Below, piece after piece: positions 1 to 6,558 of a stretch of 14,708 bases of DNA; position 1 is the first letter of the stretch, and each line of letters starts with the position of its first letter. Made by a program: the position numbers and the translations under genes. The stretch lies in UHGV virus genome UHGV-1345802; one strand, given 5' to 3'. The notes below the pieces were generated by a model. The model searched no databases. It was not told the origin of the DNA and saw nothing but the letters and a program-made list of their open reading frames with translations. Origin of the DNA: a virus.

Positions 1-61
1 CGACTGTCGCCGGGTAGGTGACGCTTAATTCATTAAACACCACTCTGGCGGTTTCTGTCAT
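1..61 (-). CDS. 5' end of an unidentified ORF running off the window edge (begins MTETARVVFNELSVTYPATV)
   Basis: ATG at 61..59 on the minus strand with a weak AGGAT Shine-Dalgarno, open to position 1. It lies downstream of the Q-proximal terminator, where lambdoid phages place the first late gene. Too short to classify. Confidence 0.2.
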   Translation of the reverse strand, partial: MTETARVVFNELSVTYPATV

Positions 62-198
62 ATCCTACTGTTTTAGCATGTCTTTTTCCCTTTTCCGGTT
101 AACGTGACATACCAATAACTCTTGTCTAAAAAGCCAGCAAGCTGAAAGACAGGTATTCACCACCAGCACGTTTACTGTACTGATGCGATTTCAGTCAT

Positions 199-223
199 AA
201 AAAACCCGCCAGGCGGCGGGTTT
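199..223 (-). terminator. Intrinsic terminator downstream of Q (tR'-like)
   Basis: Stem CCCGCC (205-210) / GGCGGG (215-220) with a 4-nt loop. On the minus strand it is followed by a run of six T (complement of A199-204); on the plus strand only TTT follows. Confidence 0.65.
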
Positions 224-280
224 AAGTTGTGTGGCGTAGTAACCACTCTTAACATACTGACATACTTTTTGCGGACCGCG

Positions 281-673
281 CTAATCATTTTTTACTTTTT
301 TGGGCAGCCAGTCGTCCATCTCCAGCCTTACACCCAGCATCGACAGACATCCGTCAATAAATCCTTCAGCAATCTGCATCTCAATTCGTATTGCCTTTTC
401 GCTCTTCTTTCTTGTTCTGGCAATCTGCCTTTTTGATATGCGCAGCAGATAATGAGCTACCAGCAGCGAATACTCGTCCGGTTTTTTCTTCTTCAGGCGC
501 GTAAGGCAGTTTTCGATGATAAGGCCGTCATCATCGCTGCAGGCCGGGCGAGGTTTAGCGGTGGATGGTAAAAGGCCTTTAAATCCAGCAGCTATCGGAG
601 AATAGTCCACCCCGGCGTTACCACTTGCCGCCCATGCCCCCCAGCGTTCGAGAACCATCTGAATATCACGCAT
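281..673 (-). CDS. Q: Late-gene antitermination protein Q (phage 82 / QuuD-like family)
   Basis: Translation MRDIQMVLERWGAWAA... recalled as similar to prophage Q antiterminators (QuuD type). ATG at 673 is preceded by GGAG about 7 nt upstream; the ORF-track start at 688 is a TTG. Stop TAG at 283..281. It is the last gene before the terminator, as in lambdoid late-control regions. Confidence 0.8.
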   Translation of the reverse strand: MRDIQMVLERWGAWAASGNAGVDYSPIAAGFKGLLPSTAKPRPACSDDDGLIIENCLTRLKKKKPDEYSLLVAHYLLRISKRQIARTRKKSEKAIRIEMQIAEGFIDGCLSMLGVRLEMDDWLPKKVKND

Positions 674-690
674 CAACTTTCTCCACAAAA

Positions 691-1680
691 TCAGGACAGC
701 ACACCAATCGCCAGCGCGCGATCGATAAAACGAAATATCAGCTCCAGCTGGGAGCCATACTTCTCTTCAAATGCCACGGTATCCGCATGCAGCTCGTCGT
801 GATGCTTTCTGCACAAAGGCAACACAAAGAGGTCATGCGCTTTTGTACCCATTCCGCCCTGACCGTGACCTATCAGGTGGTGGGGATCATCAGCAGGTTT
901 TCCACAACATGCGCACGGCTGCGTCTTAACCCAGCGCGTGTACTTTTCATTAACCCAGCGGCGACGTTTTGGGCGTAACATAAAAGACTCCGGCGACTCC
1001 GGATCCACTTTCAGCGCCAGCACCTTTTTCGCTTTATCCCGGATAATACTGGTGGCGGGAACCGAAGGCACAAGGTCACTTTCCCGGGTGACAGACGGCA
1101 CAACCGTCTTCGGTAATCTCAGTACCTTACGGGCTGCACTTTCCGGTAAGGCATCCGCCAGGTCATTACGAACCAGCCACCAGCACAGTTCCGGCATTGT
1201 CACAACGTGACTGTCATCAAAACCAAGATCACGGCGCACAACAGACAACACCCAGCGGGCACAGTTATCCGTTGCCATTGATTCCAGCCGTTCCGTGAAC
1301 TGGTCACGGAGGAGATTGTCACAGTGCCAGCACAGACGGATTGCGCCTGGCGCGTGCCGCATTGTGGTCATGTTCTCGCTGTGCCAGTCGGAATGAGGCC
1401 ACTGACAGCCCTTTTCACGAAGTAACCAGCTCTCAAGGCATTCCACGCCACCAGCACGACGGATCACCGCCTCATTGCGGAACACGGCCCGAACGGCAGG
1501 ATCATCCGCCAGCGGTTGTGATGCCGCCGGAACGGCACCACTGGCGAAAGATGAATAACGCTCCGGCTCAGGCTCCAGCAGGACACGCCCCTGCATAAAC
1601 AGGGGCATCAGCTCTGAACCAGGCCTGAACAATACGATCCCCATACGCGGGGCAATTTCAGGGGTCAGTAGTGCTCTCAA
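691..1680 (-). CDS. DUF968-like nin-region protein (YdfU-like) with a Cys/His-rich HNH-like C-terminal motif
   Basis: 329-aa ORF; the C-terminus CACCGKP...HHLIGHGQGGMGTKAHD...PLCRKHHDELH shows a CxxC...HH...H pattern. Position immediately upstream of Q matches lambdoid prophage architecture. Start is ambiguous: TTG at 1680 (GAGG 7 nt upstream) or ATG at 1644. Confidence 0.55.
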   Translation of the reverse strand: MRALLTPEIAPRMGIVLFRPGSELMPLFMQGRVLLEPEPERYSSFASGAVPAASQPLADDPAVRAVFRNEAVIRRAGGVECLESWLLREKGCQWPHSDWHSENMTTMRHAPGAIRLCWHCDNLLRDQFTERLESMATDNCARWVLSVVRRDLGFDDSHVVTMPELCWWLVRNDLADALPESAARKVLRLPKTVVPSVTRESDLVPSVPATSIIRDKAKKVLALKVDPESPESFMLRPKRRRWVNEKYTRWVKTQPCACCGKPADDPHHLIGHGQGGMGTKAHDLFVLPLCRKHHDELHADTVAFEEKYGSQLELIFRFIDRALAIGVLS

Positions 1681-1689
1681 CGTAGAACC

Positions 1690-2205
1690 TCACAGCACAA
1701 TCTGTTTCAGTTTCTGTACCGCTTTCCCCATATCCGCCATAGCATCAACAAACTCATCAAATTTACGACTTGCCATTCCATACGCCTGGAGGATTTCCAG
1801 TTTCAGAGGATCCAGTTGCTTTTTAATTTCCGCACGATCATTAAATTTCTTCTCTGCTTCTTCCGCAGCCCTGATCAGCTCCTCAGCATGCCTGCGTAAT
1901 TCATCCGGAGTAACGGTCTTTTTAATCACAACGGGTTCCTCTGTTTTTACTGGTATTTCACTATTTACTGCCTGATGTCCAAATTTAGGATGATGTAACG
2001 TTGTAGTTCTTCCATCATTCGCAACGACCAGAAGTCCACTGTCGCGGATAATGCCAATGAGTATCTCCTTATCCCTTTTATTCAGTAGACTGTACGCCTG
2101 CACTTTCTGTGATATCTGGGTCAGTGTTGCGCCTTCCGGCATTCGTTCAACAAAACGTTTAACCCTGGATAAAACTGGCTGCAGATGGGGTGGTGTAATT
2201 CTCAT
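1690..2205 (-). CDS. Hypothetical phage protein (171 aa), charged and helix-rich at the C-terminus
   Basis: ATG at 2205 preceded by GGGAGG; stop is 10 nt from the next start. No family recognised. Confidence 0.55.
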   Translation of the reverse strand: MRITPPHLQPVLSRVKRFVERMPEGATLTQISQKVQAYSLLNKRDKEILIGIIRDSGLLVVANDGRTTTLHHPKFGHQAVNSEIPVKTEEPVVIKKTVTPDELRRHAEELIRAAEEAEKKFNDRAEIKKQLDPLKLEILQAYGMASRKFDEFVDAMADMGKAVQKLKQIVL

Positions 2206-2220
2206 GCTCCACGCCTCCCA

Positions 2221-3036
2221 TCAGTGAACGGTATCGAGCAGCTTTAACAGCTCAGGGAATCGGGATTCGAAGAAATGCGGCTGCGTCTCGCGCGGATTTG
2301 CAGGACTGGTGATGTTCTTGCCGAACATGCAGCCTTTCGCTGTCAGCGACCAGAATTTTTTGATGTTGTTAATCGCGGTACGGCTGTATCGTTCGCGTTG
2401 TTCAACGATCCCCAGCTTCGCCATCTGGTGATATGCCTGATTAGCCGTCAGGCGGATACCATACTGCTTCAGCAGTGCACTCAGCGACAGCGTAGGGCGG
2501 CTTGAACCATCTGGCGCATCAGCAGGTGCATCAATGGCATAGATCGGCATAAGTTCAGGAAGACCAGCTACCTTTGATAATTTCTGGTATGCACCAAGTT
2601 TCGAGGAGTTTGACAGATTTAGAGTCTTTGCTGCTGATTCAAGCAGAATGACCCCGGATTTAATTTTGTCGGATGTGGTTTCTTCTGGTGATGAATTATG
2701 AAGCGCATCAAAAGTACGTATCACTTTTAAGCTGAATGCCGGGCTGATCCACATTGCATATGCATAGACCAGCTCTTTACAGACATACGTCCCACCATTG
2801 CGCCCCTGAATGGTGATGACAGGAATACTACGGGAATCTCCCGTAGTTTCTTCTTCCAATAATTCCACAAGAGCCTTCGTTTCAGGACGACGCATAAACT
2901 CGTGAACTTCCAGCGAACGGGAGGAGCGATTCTCACCAGCGGCAAGAAGAGCAGCTTTCTGAAGGTCGTTAAGACAGTAGTTAGATTCGAAGTACTGGCG
3001 CACAGAAACGCCATCAATTACAAGCAACTGATTCAT
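2221..3036 (-). CDS. KilA-N domain DNA-binding protein (antirepressor-like)
   Basis: The N-terminal region ...GGTYVCKELVYAYAMWISPAFSLKVIRTFD is typical of the KilA-N domain. ATG at 3036 is preceded by GGAG at 5-nt spacing; the ORF-track start at 3048 is GTG. Confidence 0.7.
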   Translation of the reverse strand: MNQLLVIDGVSVRQYFESNYCLNDLQKAALLAAGENRSSRSLEVHEFMRRPETKALVELLEEETTGDSRSIPVITIQGRNGGTYVCKELVYAYAMWISPAFSLKVIRTFDALHNSSPEETTSDKIKSGVILLESAAKTLNLSNSSKLGAYQKLSKVAGLPELMPIYAIDAPADAPDGSSRPTLSLSALLKQYGIRLTANQAYHQMAKLGIVEQRERYSRTAINNIKKFWSLTAKGCMFGKNITSPANPRETQPHFFESRFPELLKLLDTVH

Positions 3037-3198
3037 TGGTTTCTCCACAAATTTTTATCCACGAGCGGGACTGCACTCCCTTTTCGTTGATGCAGGATGA
3101 ACTTACTGCGATTTTTAATAGTTATCAAGGATACACTGTTCATAAATACAGTATCTTTAACGAGGTAATACCCAAATTTAGGGTGTTGCTCAATTCCG

Positions 3199-3594
3199 TT
3201 ACCGAGTTGCTAATTTGCAACTCGCTTTTTCGTACTTACTGATAGTGATCTCGACCTTCCCTTCCGGGATAACCGGTCCCCACTCCACCAGCATTCTTTT
3301 CACCTGGCTGTCGTCTTCCCACACACCCGCGTGGGTCAGGGCGTCAAACAGCGCCTTGTTATAGTTGTCCAGATCGCGGATCCGGTTATCCGGAGGAAAC
3401 AACACGATCTCCACTGAAGCAGGTGCCGACGTTGGTTTCGGCAGACGACGTAACTGCTCAACTATTGCTGCACACGCCGCGCTCTGGAATTTTCGCCCCG
3501 CCGCGCTTATCAGGCTCTTACCAGCAAACGCCCCTTTGTTAGGGTGTCGCCAGTACGTGTTCACGCTGGGCGGAAAAGGCAGTATTAGCTTCAT
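3199..3594 (-). CDS. rusA: RusA-family Holliday junction resolvase
   Basis: MKLILPFPPSVNTYWRH...DLDNYNKALFDALTHAGVWEDDSQV matches the conserved RusA pattern (PPS-N-Y-R, DxDN, D-AL). ATGA start/stop overlap with the upstream gene at 3591-3594. Confidence 0.85.
   Translation of the reverse strand: MKLILPFPPSVNTYWRHPNKGAFAGKSLISAAGRKFQSAACAAIVEQLRRLPKPTSAPASVEIVLFPPDNRIRDLDNYNKALFDALTHAGVWEDDSQVKRMLVEWGPVIPEGKVEITISKYEKASCKLATR
3204..3230 (+). terminator. Plus-strand hairpin plus T-run inside the 3' end of rusA (possible antisense or convergent terminator)
   Basis: Stem GAGTTGC (3204-3210) / GCAACTC (3217-3223), loop TAATTT, then GCTTTTT. The T-run is on the plus strand only. Confidence 0.3.
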
Positions 3595-3917
3595 ACTTTC
3601 AGGCCCCTCTCATGTAACCAGTGGGTTGCACGCAGCCTTGCGTTTTCCTCACCGGCAAGCAGTGCGCGGATAATCCCGACCGCCTCGCTGTCGTCGTCCT
3701 TCATCGCAGTATGAAGCGTTATCCCCCGGGCCACGCCACGCTTTATCGTGATGACGCCTTTTTTCTCCAGTGCGCGAAGATGCTCCACCGCTGCATTCAC
3801 CGAACGGTATCCCAGCATGGTTGCCACCTCCTGATTGGTTGGCGGGAAGCCACGTTCTTTCTGATAAGAAATCAGCATATCCAGCACCTGCTGCTGGCAT
3901 TGAGTTAATGTCGTCAT
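3591..3917 (-). CDS. LexA N-terminal (winged-helix) DNA-binding domain protein lacking the S24 peptidase domain
   Basis: QQVLDMLISYQKERGFPPTNQEVATMLGYRSVNAAVEHLRALEKKGVI closely parallels the LexA N-terminal DNA-binding domain. The ORF is only 108 aa with no Ser/Lys peptidase region. ATGA overlap with the methyltransferase stop at 3914-3917. Confidence 0.7.
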   Translation of the reverse strand: MTTLTQCQQQVLDMLISYQKERGFPPTNQEVATMLGYRSVNAAVEHLRALEKKGVITIKRGVARGITLHTAMKDDDSEAVGIIRALLAGEENARLRATHWLHERGLKV

Positions 3918-4567
3918 GCCGCCATCTCCCTGACCAGTTTTTCCGCCTGCTGGCGAGCCTGCGCCAGAAATGCCTCACCACATGCCTCAAGTTCATCGCG
4001 CCCGATGTAGCTGATTGCCGCTCCCTTCCAGGTCTTGTCGAAAACAGCAATAGCACCAGCGAAGAAAGCACCTGTTGGCACCTGCTTTTCGTCTTTCGGG
4101 ATAAACCAGGCTGGCAGTTCAAAACCAATACGCCCGCGAATAAAAGCAATATGATCTGCATCTTCCGGCCACCACACTTCGCTGGTGGCCGCTTTGATCA
4201 GGAAAACATAGCGCCCGCCTTTATCACGCATGGCACTGGCATGCTTCATGATGTAACGCATGCCGGTGATGTATTGTCCCTCATGCTGACTGGCGCGGCT
4301 GTACGGGGGATTACCAAAGGCAGCACCTTTAAGCTCCGCAAGACGTTCTGACCAGTCATGTGCCAGCGCGTTGTCTTCCGCCGTGTAATACGCGGCACAT
4401 TTGGCGTTATCACCGTCAGTAAACAGATCCAGAACAAACGGGCCAAACAGGGTGTTAATTCCCCAGAAAATGTTGTCCGGCGTGCGCCACTGATCGCCCA
4501 CTTCCTTCAGTTCATGGGCTGGTTTGTTCCGTAGTTCCACCAGCGCCTGGCAATATTTATTACTCAT
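3914..4567 (-). CDS. Phage orphan DNA N6-adenine methyltransferase (Dam-like)
   Basis: Contains the NPPY catalytic motif (FGNPPYS). ATG at 4567 overlaps the upstream stop (TAATG) and is preceded by GGGGG; an alternative GTG lies at 4600. No cognate restriction enzyme is nearby. Confidence 0.8.
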   Translation of the reverse strand: MSNKYCQALVELRNKPAHELKEVGDQWRTPDNIFWGINTLFGPFVLDLFTDGDNAKCAAYYTAEDNALAHDWSERLAELKGAAFGNPPYSRASQHEGQYITGMRYIMKHASAMRDKGGRYVFLIKAATSEVWWPEDADHIAFIRGRIGFELPAWFIPKDEKQVPTGAFFAGAIAVFDKTWKGAAISYIGRDELEACGEAFLAQARQQAEKLVREMAA

Positions 4568-5055
4568 TAAGCCCCCACGTAATTCCCTGACAGATACCAC
4601 TCATCACCCGCTACAGCGCGCTTTCTGCTTTTCCGTAAGCACCGCTCACGACGCGCCAGAAAATTGTTTCGTTCTGGCTGGGAGTGGCTTTCACGGAATG
4701 CCGCCATCCACACGGTTGCAGCACGACGGTATAAGCCCCTGGACTCCAGTTCTTCCGCCTGGCGGGTCAGGCACAAAATCACCCGGGGATCGTTAGTGCC
4801 GACATAGAAATTGCGCACAGGTATGGTTTCAAGAACAGGTTGCAGTTTCTCCTCCTGCGATATCTCAGCCTGGTGTGGGAAATGTCTGCGTGTTTTCCCT
4901 TCACAACAGTGAGCCACACGGCCACTCTGACGTAACTTGCTTGCTGACTGCAGAACGCACTGTCGTGAGTAACCAGCAAAAGCATCCGCAATGTCACCTG
5001 AAGTACACCCCGGATGGGCTTCAATGAATTTCTGTACATCGTTCATCAGACTCAT
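4567..5055 (-). CDS. PerC-family-like regulator with an N-terminal extension (Pch-like)
   Basis: The C-terminal segment AEELESRGLYRRAATVWMAAFRE... resembles the PerC signature (LE-KGLWRRAA-W) as recalled. ATG at 5055 lies 2 nt after the replication-gene stop with a GGGGG Shine-Dalgarno; the track start at 5061 is GTG. Confidence 0.45.
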   Translation of the reverse strand: MSLMNDVQKFIEAHPGCTSGDIADAFAGYSRQCVLQSASKLRQSGRVAHCCEGKTRRHFPHQAEISQEEKLQPVLETIPVRNFYVGTNDPRVILCLTRQAEELESRGLYRRAATVWMAAFRESHSQPERNNFLARRERCLRKSRKRAVAGDEWYLSGNYVGA

Positions 5056-5057
5056 GA

Positions 5058-6041
5058 TCACCCCCTGAATCCTGTCGGGATCTGGCTGTAGTCCACGTTG
5101 TCGTAACTGGCTTTGAAGTACGGGTCCTCGCGTCTGGCTGCAGATACCGCAGGAACTTCCCAGGATTCTTCGAAATGACGATCCGGACCAAAGAACGTGA
5201 CAGCCTGTTTCACAAATTGTGTGCCGCTATTGCCCATCGCAGATACCCAGCCCGCGTAGCGTTTCACACCTTCCAGCATGGTTTCGGGGTTTACCCCCTC
5301 GTTCAAACGGGCTTTCCAGGCTTTGAAGGCTGCTGATTTTGAATTGCCACCAGCACGTTTGGGATATTCCTGCCAGGCCTGTTCAAATTCCGGTGAATAT
5401 TCCTGTCGGGCAGAACGCGCTGGCGCAGACGCGTCAGCGGATGCATCAATAGTGTTTTTAGTCTCCGTTGTAATCTCTGTAGTAATCTCTGTATTTGTAT
5501 CAACATTCGGCGTATCCCCTGTTCCGTTATGACGTCGGGGGGTGTTCCGTTTTAACGTAATAGCTGTATCGCTGATTGCATTATTGCTGTTACTTTCTGG
5601 CGAAACAGAAGAAGGTGTGGTGATGGCCGCAATTGCCTGTGGGTTGATCCCGACAAACAAAATATTGCTGCATTTCACCCCATCGAGCATTTCCACCGTG
5701 CGTAAATCCAGAGTAATAAACCCTGCATCGCGCAGACGCTTCAGCGCATCTGCGGTTTCCCTTTTCCCGAAACCAAACTGCTCAGCAAACGCCTGGTAGC
5801 TTCTTTGCAGTTTGTCGCCCTGAAAACGCTTGCGATATCCCAGCAACGCTCCGGTGTGCTCATCCCTGACCTCTGTCGGGCGGTACCAGTAAACGATCTC
5901 TGAAAGCAGAGCGATAGCCGTCGCATCCGGACGCCCACTGGGTAGTCGAATATATTTCCACCAGGTCGCAGGTGTAACATTGCCGGAAATATTAATTTGA
6001 CCAATAGCCATAACTTCCGGTGTGGGGGCGTAACGGCTCAT
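5058..6041 (-). CDS. Phage replication initiator-like protein (O-position; replisome organiser-like)
   Basis: 327 aa; ATG at 6041 preceded by a strong AGGAGG. It sits between the cro/CII-position genes and the nin-like region, has a Thr/Glu-rich linker encoded by a tandem DNA repeat, and a C-terminal region reminiscent of primosomal or replication proteins. Family assignment is from memory only. Confidence 0.6.
   Translation of the reverse strand: MSRYAPTPEVMAIGQINISGNVTPATWWKYIRLPSGRPDATAIALLSEIVYWYRPTEVRDEHTGALLGYRKRFQGDKLQRSYQAFAEQFGFGKRETADALKRLRDAGFITLDLRTVEMLDGVKCSNILFVGINPQAIAAITTPSSVSPESNSNNAISDTAITLKRNTPRRHNGTGDTPNVDTNTEITTEITTETKNTIDASADASAPARSARQEYSPEFEQAWQEYPKRAGGNSKSAAFKAWKARLNEGVNPETMLEGVKRYAGWVSAMGNSGTQFVKQAVTFFGPDRHFEESWEVPAVSAARREDPYFKASYDNVDYSQIPTGFRG
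5470..5493. repeat. Perfect 12-bp tandem repeat (GTAATCTCTGTA x2) inside the replication gene; candidate iteron/ori
   Basis: Read directly from the sequence; encodes TEITTEIT on the minus strand. Degenerate copies flank it (GTTGTAATCTC, GTATTTGTATC). Confidence 0.5.
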
Positions 6042-6337
6042 ACAACCTCCTTCCGCAGCATGAGAATTGTGTAGCCACGCGCAGGTTGTAGTCTGGCTTT
6101 TGCATCAATAGTAAGCGTTGCAATTTTTCGGATATGAAGATAACCAGCTCTTTCCAGTGCCAGGGTTTCCCTGAATATCGCTTGCTTAGAACAACAGCAG
6201 AAATCAGCAAGCACCTGATGATCAATAACTCTCTCGCCTTCACCGTCTGAAGAACCCGACATCAAAACGCGCAACATAATCAGGCGCTGAATCGGGTTAT
6301 CGAAAGCACATCCGCACACAAACTGAAAACAGTTCAC
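6038..6337 (-). CDS. Small HTH / winged-helix DNA-binding protein (replication-associated position)
   Basis: GTG at 6337 overlaps the upstream stop (GTGA) and has GGGAGG 6 nt upstream. ...HQVLADFCCCSKQAIFRETLALERAGYL looks like a helix-turn-helix. Confidence 0.5.
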   Translation of the reverse strand: MNCFQFVCGCAFDNPIQRLIMLRVLMSGSSDGEGERVIDHQVLADFCCCSKQAIFRETLALERAGYLHIRKIATLTIDAKARLQPARGYTILMLRKEVV

Positions 6338-6558
6338 GCCACACCTCCCAGACGCTTAAACATTTTTCCGGAGCAAAAGGCTATAAGCGGCATACTGACG
6401 CGGTAATTACGGCCCAGCGGTTCACAAATCACCTTCTGACATTCACGGTCAACCAGGCTAACACGTAGAACATGCCCTGCAGGCGTGGTGTACCACTGAC
6501 CCGGACGAGGACAACGGAAAGTCTGATTGGTAAAACGTTTGAAAATATTCCGGATCAT
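6334..6558 (-). CDS. Hypothetical small protein (74 aa)
   Basis: ATG at 6558 with GGGGG 5 nt upstream; ATGA overlap with the Rha-gene stop, and its own stop overlaps the next start. Confidence 0.5.
   Translation of the reverse strand: MIRNIFKRFTNQTFRCPRPGQWYTTPAGHVLRVSLVDRECQKVICEPLGRNYRVSMPLIAFCSGKMFKRLGGVA

Noticed and set aside
227-436. 69-aa plus-strand ORF spanning the terminator and the Q 3' end
   Set aside because: Antisense to Q, starts inside the terminator hairpin, and has no ribosome-binding site; likely a shadow ORF.
625-1598. Plus-strand ORFs 625-978, 938-1210 and 1341-1598
   Set aside because: All lie antisense within the DUF968 and Q coding regions, with Arg/Ser/His-rich low-complexity translations.
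2275-3090. ORFs 2275-2505 (+), 2727-3017 (-) and 2902-3090 (+) inside the KilA-N gene
   Set aside because: Alternative-frame or antisense overlaps of a well-supported CDS.
3365-4796. ORFs 3365-3673 (+), 3621-3908 (+), 3649-4161 (-), 3770-4351 (+), 4246-4446 (-) and 4524-4796 (+)
   Set aside because: Overlap the RusA, LexA-like and methyltransferase genes, which have recognisable motifs in their own frames; Arg/Gly-rich shadow translations.
4779-6243. ORFs 4779-5039 (-), 5278-5532 (+), 5303-5506 (-), 5542-5799 (+), 5741-6004 (-) and 5992-6243 (-)
   Set aside because: Alternative-frame or antisense overlaps of the PerC-like and replication genes; no ribosome-binding sites noted.
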